Below, in pieces: positions 30,301 to 43,000 of a stretch of DNA of 64,000 nucleotides (its first letter is position 1; every line of letters begins with the position of its first letter). This DNA is from Balanoglossus misakiensis (lineage: Eukaryota; Animalia; Hemichordata): NCBI GenBank assembly GCA_040954595.2, contig CM082580.2, forward strand, positions 7,356,390 to 7,420,389, read 5' to 3'. The position numbers were made by a program, and so were the translations under genes. The notes beneath the pieces are model-generated. The model made no database searches. It was not told the DNA's origin and worked only from the letters and a program-made list of their open reading frames with translations.

Positions 30301-31869
30301 TTAAGAAATTTTGCAACAGCTACCAGGCAATTCAGCTGAGAAAAACCCTCTACTGATCGTCAAGACTGCCGCTATGCATCCAACGCCACTGGGAAATCAG
30401 TTGTGATCGCGGCAATTCATCAAAACAGAAACGTGTTGCAAATAATGTTGATCTGTAACTTTATCAATAACAACATTCGATGGGATGCAAAAATGTACTG
30501 GGGGGACGTCATACAAGGACAGTATGCAGTATATGCCCAGCAGACTTTTTTTTTTCTAAAATCCTGTCATGTATTTATCGTAATAGAATGTCACGTTTTC
30601 CCCGTTCACATTTTTTCAGACTGACAAAAACAGCTTCACATCATACAGAGTGAGGTAACACGTGCTGAATGGCCTGGCAGCATTTCACTCTGAAGAGGAT
30701 CTCATACTGATGCACTAGAAAAAATTTCATAGGCGCGGTGGAAAGAACATACTTATTTTGTTCTTCAAATGAAAATGTGTTGCTTCTTATAGCTTCACTT
30801 TAATAAAAAAAATTGATGATCATGTAACCATAACAACATGCACTGTCATCATATGGGTGTTTTTGTCTCATGCTAGGGGGTCACACCACAGGAATTGCAC
30901 TGTGGGTAAAAGAAGTCAACCCCTCAGTTTAATAGACTTTGAGATGGGAGGGGGGGGGGTCTATTACCTTGCCAAAAATTATTACTAATGGCTAGAACCT
31001 GTCTTTAATACAGAAATTTTACAATTCAATTTAACCTCCGCAAGTCCACTTGTGGCATGACATCAATTGGCAGCAAAAATCTATTTCCTCTTTTGTAGCA
31101 AACTTTCACTAGTTGCAAAAATGTTTAATTATTCCAGAAAGCTGGAAATTACACAAATCTTCACATTCTTTGGTCTTTGGTGCATTATAGAGCACCATAG
31201 ACTAAAAAGTGCAAGAGTGATGCTTTAATATGCGCAATACATGCGACTGAACAAAAGTACCAGTATCCATTTCTCGATTCGCGCCGCTATGTCTGACTAC
31301 GTCAGTACAGACCATAGACGATTCCGAAAAGTCATGCCCGCTGTATTTTAATCCCTTGCATTTTGTTAATCTTGTCACTTACGAATTTCTCTAAGAATAT
31401 TTTTTTTTCTATTTTCAGAGAGAATAAGAGAGTGCTGTGCACCCAAAATACGATAAGAAACAATTTTATCGAGTTGAATTTCCCAGTGCGTGCCATGTTA
31501 ATCTGCCAAAGAAAGCGCACAATAAATCAGAGCGCCGAGTCTGTCACAACCAGATCTTCTTCAATTTTTCCACTCAAAGAAATAACACCTTCAAAACAGC
31601 CAGTGACACACCTCTCGCCATAATTTCCTGGTTGCCATGACAACACTTAATGCTCCTATCCATTTTTTAAGCAATCATCAGATGTCAACAAGTCAAGGTG
31701 TTCACACGAAATAAATTCACACACTCCTGAAACGATCACAAGCAGTCACTTTTTCACACTGTACCTTCTTATGTTTTCATTCTCTGTGTGTTAATTGAGT
31801 TGCCTGTCAACATTAATGGCAATACTAAATTGACACTAATGAGCCTATATAAAAAAATCATTAGTCATT

Positions 31870-32180
31870 TTATATATAATTTCATATATGTATATCAATA
31901 AGTATATACTAGTATATATGCTTATTAATATACAGATTTTAAAAATTATAATTCTTTAGATATATATATATATATTATATATATATAAAAATTATAATTT
32001 TATAAATCTGTACTTATTAAAATATATAATATATATAATAAAGTTATATGTGTGTATGTATTAATATATCAATTTATAAAATTATATATAACGTGTACAT
32101 ATTATATGTATATATAAATTTATAAATTTTACTTATATATATATTAAATTTTATTACTATGTCATATTCATATTTTATTA
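31870..32180. repeat. AT-rich low-complexity / (TA)n region with an internal palindrome
   Basis: Almost entirely A/T; inverted arms TACAGATTTTAAAAATTATAATT (31931-31953) / AATTATAATTTTATAAATCTGTA (31990-32012) surround a (TA)n core. Confidence 0.8.
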
Positions 32181-34175
32181 TGTGTTGTTGGTGTTTCAGT
32201 AAGACTGAGTCCGATACGAAGAAAGATAGATAGATAGATGGATGGATAATGCGTGTGTCTATTTGCCCGTCTGTCTGCAGTTTGTCCCTGTCTCTGTATA
32301 TTTATGATATGATTTCCTGCTAATCTAGCCAGGACATGGACACCATATTAACCGATCTATGAGTTACAATGACTTGACACTTTCAGGAAATGTGACATTT
32401 ACATCCATTGTATGCATGCTGCTCCCCATTAAACTCACTGAAAAAAACCCACTATGTGCATTGATTTAATTTTGAAAAGATAGTTGTTCTGTCACAAGAC
32501 ATGAATTTCAATCTGTGTGTTACAATAATGCACAACCCCCCCCCCCCCCACGCATTATATCTTAGTTCATATACATAACGTTATGCATTAATGTGTAGAA
32601 TATGTGTATACCGGTATATAGGTTTTTAAACATTAATAATAATTATTTTTATTTGGAAAAAGAAAAAATTTCACAGAGCATAATGATATTTGATTTAATT
32701 TTCAAGAATAAAATGATGCAAGACAGAAAACAAGATTCATTAAAAATCTATAAAAAAAATTACTACTATACTATTATGGATATCGTGGGGTTTTCTTTCT
32801 GGTGAAAGAACATGAAATATGGATCACTTTTTGGTCACATACATGCAAACATGTAGTTTATTGTCTGTTCAAGTAGTATCACGCTGCCTAGATCAACCTT
32901 TATCCCTGTCAGAAGTTTACATTCTTATATTTGTACAGATCAGGTACATTACCAATTCAAGAGGCCGTGAAAAGCTGAATATAAACAAGTCTATGTATCC
33001 CACTAATCTAAAAAATCTCCACTGGGAGGACGCAGAACTCCTGCCCTGACGTATTATTACATGCTCTAAAAACGCCGTGGAAGACAAGCTTGTAAAAGAA
33101 CATAAATCTCTCTCTTCGAGGTGTACTGTGCCACCCTGACAGGCCGTGACAACCACATCGGTCTGATCAGTTCACATTCAACGCTAGTATCATCCATATG
33201 ATAACTGAACAAGGGGTGGTGACCCCTTCCATCTTACAAACAGTACACCCTGGCCCTGGTTCTTTCAGCTTTATTCTGGGACTCCCTGATTGTTTGTTTG
33301 GGATCTTGCCTTCTGAATAGCCGTCAATTCAAGCCCGGGCTCAGTTCAAAAAGTGACAAACACTCTGGGCTATGACCGCATTCCAGCCAAGCAAATTGTT
33401 GGCCTTTAAAATTAGCCTTCTTCCAAAATGATAAAACAATTATATAATCCACCAATCAGATTTTATTATGAGGAAGTGTCCTACATAAACATTTTACCAC
33501 TATTTGACAGTGTTGATTATTTTTTCTCTGGGTGGCTTACATAAAAAAAATTAGCTGGGCCTCAGTTTCAAATACTTGGTAACTTTATATCTCTACGGTA
33601 TTATTGAGCAGACAATTTTTGACTGAAAATCAAAAACTATTAAAGTTAATGGCCGATGTACTCAAACACATTTAGTTCAACATTGCGGTGAAGGGTTTTC
33701 AAATACAGCGAGTCAGTGTTGTACAGCTTACAATGCCGTATTATTAAATTTTTTGTGTTCTTTTATCTTTTTTTCAATAAAAGGGACCCTTTCTCGTGAA
33801 ACACAATAGGAGCCATAACCGGGCGCGCACAATTACATACAATCACAACACAAACCCGGTGGACGGGAACGCGCCCGAAAGAATTTGCCGGTAACCTTTT
33901 CTTATGCCGAAATTCTAGAAATACTGAACCAGAAAGACAATTACGAGACGTGATTAAACTGCCGTCCATTGCCGCGCACCACATTTTACCTTTCGTCGAT
34001 AACTGCTCGGCTAATAATCCGGAAATCTTCTCTTCGGATGAGCTGTATCATCGGGGTGTAATATCTGCTTCAACGTAACCTACTTCCCACGCATCAAAGA
34101 TGAAATCGACATCAGATGAAATCGACATCACTTCCCGATTAAGAAATGTTAATTTGCAACATTTTTTTTACCTAC

Positions 34176-34717
<542 letters not shown>

Positions 34718-36114
34718 TCACCCGCGTCGAAAAACACATGAGACTGCATGTAACGTATGGACACAGCTACTGTATGGGCAAAGCATACGTAGCTCTTCTC
34801 TTGACTTGACTTACTCCCGCTGGTAGGAAAGTGAAATTCGCTCGGCAGATCTTGGGCAGTTTTAAATCCTGAAATAGAAAAGCAGGCAGCAGCGCCCATT
34901 ACGATGAAACAACGCAATTTTATATCCACATTAATGATGATATTTTTCGCATCAATCGAATCAATGGGTCGCAATTATCGCGGATAAATGTCATTTTTTA
35001 ACGCGCAGAACATTTCGGCACCCTTCAGTAATTGGCAAGGCGTGTACGAAAACAATGGGCGGGAGGGTCACTGTTTACAAAGCGCTACATGGTAACATGG
35101 GCCATTAGGTCAAGGCATCTTTTCACAGACAAAAACGATTTGTCTATTTCAACTTTCTGAATCGAGAAGAGCACTGGTTTTTGACTGGGGGCAACGTTTT
35201 ACGTTCAGTGTTGGTGGCGCAAAAATAAATAGGATATCCAGCTGTGAGCAAATTGAAGTTCAAGGTACCCACAGCAAACTTTAATTCATCATATATCGGT
35301 GACGCTTTACAATTACTGTTTTGTCGGCTATGCCCACAGTTACTATGCCCAGCCCTCCTACTTGCATTCTCTGACTTAAGACTGAAAAAGTGGGGCGAGG
35401 GTGCTAGGAGAAATTTACACAGCTTGAAGATTTCACACCACACAAAAATTCACAGACTCACTGCCCTGGAGATTTAATACGCGCCTTCTTTCCACCAGTA
35501 GGACTAACCTAGTACCTCACATCCATGGTAGAACATTTTTTCACATTTTAAATACCTTAATCCTTGTTTTTAAAAGGCGTTCATCAGTTTATATTATGGC
35601 TGGTGTGGGCAAGCAAACTTTTCGTGCGTCTCACTGCCAAAGTAAATGAGCCGCAGTAAAAAAAATGAACGCTCCCTCAAACCAGCCATTTTAGGACCAA
35701 TTGTGAAAATTAATAAAAGTTGACACTAATGGGCCAATCATGGTCTTGACTGTGGCGGATATAAGAAGGCGGGCGATTTAGAGACGGTAAAATGAACTTT
35801 TACAATAGAGACTGTGCAAAACATCCGGTAATGTTCCCTATGTGTTTGTCACTGATATATTAAAGAGATTATTATAATCGACATAATTTTATATACCCTA
35901 CCACAAAGAGTACAATTATACAGGCCTGCAGCGACAGTTTGAACACTTTAGGCACGATCAGGTTTTTGCATGGTTTGATGACGTCTACACTTTTTATTGA
36001 GATGTGTTCCGTCATCATTTCAACTTGGAGTACCGTCATATAGGCCTACAACTTACAAGCATTTCTTGCTGCTGAGTCAAGTTGAATATCGACCGGGGCT
36101 GGCATCCCTCCCTA

Positions 36115-36265
36115 GTCGACATATTATGGAAAGCCGTTGGGGACCCCCGACAACTTAACTCAATACATGGGTAAAGTCCATAGACAAATGATAGGAACGC
36201 ATATGCTGAAAATATGACGCACATTGGGTGCCGGGGTCCCCAACGGCTTTCCATAACATATCGAC
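36115..36265. repeat. 33-bp inverted repeat pair (probable small MITE) about 1.4 kb upstream of the KCNH start codon
   Basis: GTCGACATATTATGGAAAGCCGTTGGGGACCCC (36115-36147) versus GGGGTCCCCAACGGCTTTCCATAACATATCGAC (36233-36265), 2 mismatches; no clear TSD. Confidence 0.7.
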
Positions 36266-37299
36266 ATAAGCTTAGGTTTATATAGGAAATAATTCTCCCC
36301 GGTTTGCGACCTTATGGGTAAAAAGAAAAAGTAGGCCGTCTGAATGCATGGAATCGGACCTTTTTACATCAAATTCAATTGAAGAGCCACCTTTCAGTAG
36401 GCGAAAATAGCGTGTATTCATATTACAGCGTCTGGCTGATAAAGTTTTCTTATTACGTCATCACATAATACACCATTTCCGTGTAAAATTTGATTAAATG
36501 AATGTGAAGTGATGATGTTGATAGAAATCGCTCCTCTTTTCTCGACTTGGTTAAAAATAACTCTACAGGGCCTAAAGTCGATCGGTTGAAAGGAAATAGT
36601 CACTACAGATGTCACATATAGTTGTTCTTCGCCTTATCGGGTAATTCACACAGTGTTTTCTTTTCAGTGAGATATAAAAACGACAGGTAAATGAAAATGG
36701 CAATCCCATCCAGGCGCTCGTATTACACACATCCGTAGAATTCCTCAGCGCAGTTCCTAGGATTGAAATAAAATTGTTCATGTTTTGCAGTGAAATATCT
36801 GAAAAGTTTCTAAACGCGCAAAACCAAAAATAATTGACCTGATGTTTTTTAACGTACAATTGTACATACTCCAACTGAACAGATAGAGCTGTTTGCCAAC
36901 AGTGCATTTGAAGAAAAGGGTTGTCTGCCATTTACTCTTGTTTGTCCTCTCGTCACCGATGCGATACGTGGTCATCCGTAATTATTCTATCCACACACAA
37001 AACATATTTGGTTTAAGGGCCATGAAGGAAGATTAGTTCTGATGAACTATATTTCATGGTCCCCACCAATTGTACAAAAACAATGTTATGTTGACAGATA
37101 CTAGTTACGTATCAGACACTTTCAAATTCCGAAAATGTTGACTGCAATACGTGTCGGGTCGGAGAATTTAAACTGAGCGTCCCACGGGTGTACGAGGTAG
37201 ACACACATACACTCAAGCCATTGAAAATCTCCATGGATACCGGATTCTGTGTAAATGGGTCGCGTATAAGAACAAACGAAATTTCGCGTTCTAACAGTT

Positions 37300-37560
37300 A
37301 TATTATCACTTCACGCTGATCCCAGTGTCTGTCGCAATTAGTGTGGTGACGAAAGTGGGGCGGTGGTGGTCTGGCGAATTCAGACACGCGCTCGGGGTTG
37401 CGTTAAGTTTCTCGACAACACTGAGACAAGGACGGACAACACTTTTCAGTTGGCTGCCAGTCAGAACACCGACGTCATTGCTCGCTGCAGCAGTTTCCAT
37501 GGCGACGTCTCGAGTTGAGGGCACCGTAGAGATTCCCCCGATGCATTATTCATGCCTCGC
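37300..37560 (-). promoter_or_regulatory. CpG-rich block with an X-box upstream of KCNH (candidate promoter/enhancer or non-coding first exon)
   Basis: Locally GC/CpG-rich; RFX X-box-like GTTTCCATGGCGAC at 37493-37506 and GACGTCA at about 37471; about 2.7 kb upstream of the KCNH ATG. Confidence 0.35.
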
Positions 37561-40080
37561 GATATTTGCAGATGCACAAATATTGAAACACAAATCACAA
37601 AGATGCCAGAGTACTGCCGGGCACTGATTAATTATTCATCAAAAATGTTAAAGAAAGGAAATCTTGTAGATTTACTTTTCGAGGTATATTCGGTGCTTTT
37701 AATATTTTACAACTACTTTTAATCAGATAAGACTGCTGCCTGTTTTCGTGTTGATATGTTATTCGTTGACCTGTACAATCCGATTTATTAATCTATAAAT
37801 ATGACTTCAGGACGGACTTTTGGGTGGAACAGTGCTAAAAATATTCACCGTCTCAGTAATCACTGACTTTACGCATTGACGGATTCCCCAATAAATTTAA
37901 CACAGAGAAGGGGTGCGTCCACGTATTTTCACGGAGCTACTGTGAACATTTTAACGAAAAATCTATGCATTTTTATACTGGATAATAAAGTACGTTGGAT
38001 CTAGTTCCCCAAGTAAAAGAAATCAGTTTGGTGATTCGTTGTTCGATCATAGAACACACTGATATTGCCCCCTGACTTTGTTGACACACCTCACTGAGAC
38101 CGTGGTTTATAGGGCCAAGAACTTGGATGTCGGGTGGTTTACAAGCTACGCCTCGCGTCCAATTTTGATCAAATTGAAGTACTGCATATACCCAGCTAAA
38201 CTGCATGAACGTAGAACTTTGTTGAGACAAAAGAATCAACTTCTGAACAAGGCACTTCGCCATCAATGAGTGTGGGTAGTTTCTAAATCTTCTTTCTATA
38301 AGTTATGGGACTTTAATATGAAGAGTGGTTGGCAAGTAAAGGCAAAGTTGACGGCGACCCTCTCTCAAGTTAAATGTCTGCAGTAACAACCATGATAAAA
38401 AGTTTGTGATTATCTATCATTTGTTTGCTTGAGCCAGCTGCACGCAATTCTTGACTGATTCGATCGAAGGTGCTTTGCCAGCTTGACCGACGGAGCGTTG
38501 AAAACAACTTGGACGGCAATCACAACCGAGCGCAAACTATCAATAACCTGAGCCATCGGATCGACTGTTTCTTTCCAACTAACCGTATCTTGGCACATGG
38601 ACATACCGCTACGTGGCGTAACATTGGCAAATAACAGATTGAAACGTTATTATTTTACAGCTAAGTCTATCTGAAATAAAGTCAGCGATGGGGCGTGGCA
38701 AATTTTCCATACAAGTGGTGTTCTCTGTTACTGTCCGAGAGGGCGCACTTCCATGGCTGGGGGGGGGGGGGGGGGGGAGAACCAGCAGTTATTCAGCTAT
38801 ATTAAATACAGGGAACCAGGAGTCACACGTTTGACTTACACAAATGATGTATTTATAGGCAACGCTGCCGTTTTACAGTGTGTAAATATCTACATATATC
38901 TTATTTTGTTACAATAAAACTCTTGTCCAAGAAAAGCCTGGTCATCAATTGGTCCCATCACGACATGTACATGTACAAATAACTGGTCCAAAATATTAGC
39001 TTTGATACTTCGGTGGGTAAAATTGGCAGTGAAAATGTTGAAAACACACCTATGATAAGATAGACACAGCAAAAATTACACAATCTATAAATAGTTACTG
39101 TCATAAGAAATTCAATACAACGATGGTTACTGAAGGCAATAATGTCAAAATACTGATACTAATAATAAAACACACACACACTGAAGATACTGACAATATA
39201 GTCACATTTCACAGCTGATTGTACCATGGTTGTTTAAACATTTTTTTTGCCAGGAGCACCATTGCAGTCTGTGAAGCAAAATACATCTGCCTGTCAACTG
39301 ACCTCCAAAGGTTCGCTCTTCCAAATGATCAGCAAATAAAAAGAAGAAATACACATTTTCTTCAGCCGTCGACGGCTGGTCTCCTGGTTTGCAAATAATT
39401 TAGACAAGTCATCGCAGATCTATTGCCGCAAGCATGATCAGCCACGCCAAGATGTGCACGTATGATAGTCACACCTTTAATAATCTGGATGAAAACTCGG
39501 TTCTTATAAAACCATTAAATCTTTAACAGATGTCGCGCGACAAATGTCATAAACTTCTTTCCCATCCACTAAATCATTTACAGCTAGGCTTAACATCATT
39601 CAGTTATTACAGGCAAAACAGAACCAGCATGCACTCTGACTCTCGGTGCTGTGATGCATCAACTCATCAGCCAAAGAATTTTTTTTTATTGGCCACAATC
39701 ACAGTCCCTTAATGAAACACTGCATTAAGTGGAGTGATGACATAAATTGTGAGCAGTCTGGCTGAGAAAGATGTCTTTGGTTATGTGTAATAGTTTCAAT
39801 TGCTCATGCTCCATTGTATGCTAAATATGGTGCCAGCTAGCTCAGACGCTAGCTGGACACACAGACCGACAGACAGACAGACACAGAGACTATAGAATCA
39901 CACAGATGTTTTGTACAATATGCATCTCCTGTCACACACCCCGACAATCACTCATAATTCAACACAAAATTTGTCTGAAATATTTATATTTTGTGGGTGC
40001 GAAATGCCAAGCAGTACTTTTCTGACAAGATTTTCTGATTGCTTGAGTTCCTGGTCTTCGTCCATATATACACTCTCACA

Positions 40081-43000
40081 TCACTGATATAATACCCTCC
40101 TCTTGAAGAACGGTGTTGACAATGCCCCAGTGTGCCTCGACCTGTTGACCACCACCGTAGAGGGAACTTCACAGCTGTACGGATACACAAAGCCTTCTGG
40201 ACGCTGTGTAGAAGAACAGATAAAGAACAAACAAAACATGAGATTAAACATCAAAGGAACTAAGAAGTTGCATGCTAGAAAAAAAAGGGATTGTCTTCCC
40301 TGCTTAGATGGTCAAGGTTCACATGAATTTGCTATGCCTAAGAAAAAGTCGAGTTGTGATCTGAAAACCAAGAAATGAGCACATTTTGAATTTCTGACAA
40401 AACTCTTAACCACATTTTTGTAGGCCCTTAATCTTTGTTTTTGATTAACAAGGAAACTTGACTTGACATAGGCAATGATGCACAGACACTGTAACATAAG
40501 GACGTCCAGTAAAATGAGCAGATCTGGGTGGTAGCTTTTCAACAAGTTACATGACTTTTATTACAATCACGGGCGTAGCGCTAACCAGAAGTCACGGTGT
40601 TATGATTTTTCCACTACTTTGAGTGGTTTCATATTATCCTGTATCAGCCACCCAGCCATGAATACTGTATAGAGTTACAAAAAAGCATATTGTACACTGC
40701 CTGCAGCCATTGTAAGATTATCATATATTTATGACAAGCTCATACTTTGGCGCTGAATAGCTTTTCAATACACTCGCGGCGCCACAATTGCGTCTTACAT
40801 TAATTGCCCTGAGCGACAGAGTCAGATATGTAAACCCTTTGTGGCTACAGCATAAGAGAATCTAACATTCTCAACACATCGTTTGTAGTCAGACTAAACT
40901 CAGAAATACACGCATGAGGAATGGAAATTCAGCAGATATGCTTTCATCCATCATCTTTATAACATCATCAATCACGGTCCTCGTTGAAATAGCCGAGCAC
41001 TAAATCCTAATCAAACGCAAAGTAAACGTCAAAACAGCTTCTGTCATCTACATTTGTGAGTGCTCTTTACACCATCTGATCACTCTGAGACTAAAAATCT
41101 ATTATTTCAAAACGTCTGCATGGGCTCCTGTTGACGCTGGTGAATTATGCATTCTGACTGATATTCGATGTAAAACAGTCCATCACCGCTGAGTTACGCC
41201 AGAGATAATTGAGATTTGCAATATATATCGCAGACATCTGCTCTCAAGATACAGACAACCATTTTACATGTTTTCCGTCATCAAACTGTTTTGTAGTATC
41301 TTTGAAGAGGCAATGCCTCTTTGTATTAGCAATGAAAGAAAGATTTTAACGACTATTATGTATCGAGGTTCTTCTGGCTTCTATACGACAAAGTAACACA
41401 TATATTGTACCGAGAAGTTCTTTTATGAAATCAACTTGCATTTTATGGGCTAATTGGTAATTTTAATATCAGTAAATCATGCCTGTCTCACGAGACCATT
41501 CTGGAGTATGCCATTAAATATTACAACAAGCAAAATGATACATATAGGTGTTGAAGCTGGAGATGAAATTGGAGTCTTGCAGACAAAGTGGCTGCAAGAT
41601 GATGGATACGATGAAATACTGCAGGCAGGGTGTGTCTCAGGGGAATGAAATAAAAACTGACAAAACTTTCTGGGTTTACACGCATGAAATCTGCGGCAAT
41701 AAATGGGAAATGGCTCTCAGTGGAATGACAAAATCTTAGTCTCTTATATTCCGATTTCTTTATGAATAATTGAGGGTCACCGTAGTTTGGATAAAAAAAA
41801 AACGCAATTTTAATTGGTCCCTCATGTTATTCTGATGAAGATGAATACCCAAGGTTTGACATTTGGTTAAAAATATTCTCTTTAATAATGCACACTCAAG
41901 TAGTGGATTTGACACCTGTTTATGACAAGGTATAATATTTGAACACAACGTGACATAGTAAGGAAAAAATCAATGATAAATTCATGAAAACTTTGAATAA
42001 TTATTCCTTTAGGAAATGCATGTTTCGACTAAAAGTTTCACCCACAGCTTCACTGGTCCAGTTGCCACTCACCTGGTGAAGGATGGATTTTCCAAGTTCT
42101 GAGGGCTTCTCTCGTATGACCTTCCCACCAGAATCAACAGTTGTTGCGTCTCGCCAGCGAACACGCGCCTCAGTTGTGTCTGAACGCTCTGGCTGGTGCT
42201 GAACCCAAGACTTGTTTGTGTTCATGGTCTGAGGATGGGATGTGTTCTCTTTGTGCCATAAGCTCCTGTCACTGTCTATAGACACAAAATAGAAACATGA
42301 TTTTTTAAACATTTATTATTAGGGAAATGACATGGCTCGGACCCACACACACGTTTGGCAACACTGCCTGGCCACAAGATTGCAGGTAAAACCACTAGGC
42401 TGTGCTTTCAGTCCTTAAATGAGAGCTAAAACATTCTCACTCAAGTACCAATTATTTTGTCTGTCTGTCTGAATGTGTGTGTGCATGTTACCTGCATGCG
42501 TGTGGTTTTATCTATTATCTATAGCGTAACATGTACTTGACAATTGAGGTGTTGGAATACATGTATGTGTCATTTGCTGAAATGAGTAATTTCACATTCA
42601 TGAAAAGAAATTCCATTTAGCGAGAATAGCACAACTATGACAACCTTGTACACGTCTACTAAAAGTTAAAAACAGATGACAAACATAAGCAAAGTTTACA
42701 GACGTCACCCGGGCGCATGAAAGATTGATGTGAAAAAAAAGGGGGGACTGAATAATGCATTCATCCTGACAAATCTCAAGATGACACAACGATTCATAAT
42801 TTACGAACCAGAAATTGAATCCACTGCGTCTACGTGTATGCTGCATGCTTGATTGGTGAAGACATTAACTTGTCATGAAGCGGGGACAGGGTTTTTGGGC
42901 AGATGCCTGTGGGTAGGCGAGGATTAAACACAACAGCATTTGGGGGATGTCAGTAGCCAATCCTGGCACTACCTTACATTTTTGTTTTCTTCTGCTTTTA

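Noticed and set aside
38759-38777. Poly-G runs (also 56606-56626, ~30950, ~50695)
   Set aside because: Simple homopolymers common in such genomes; no evidence of function.
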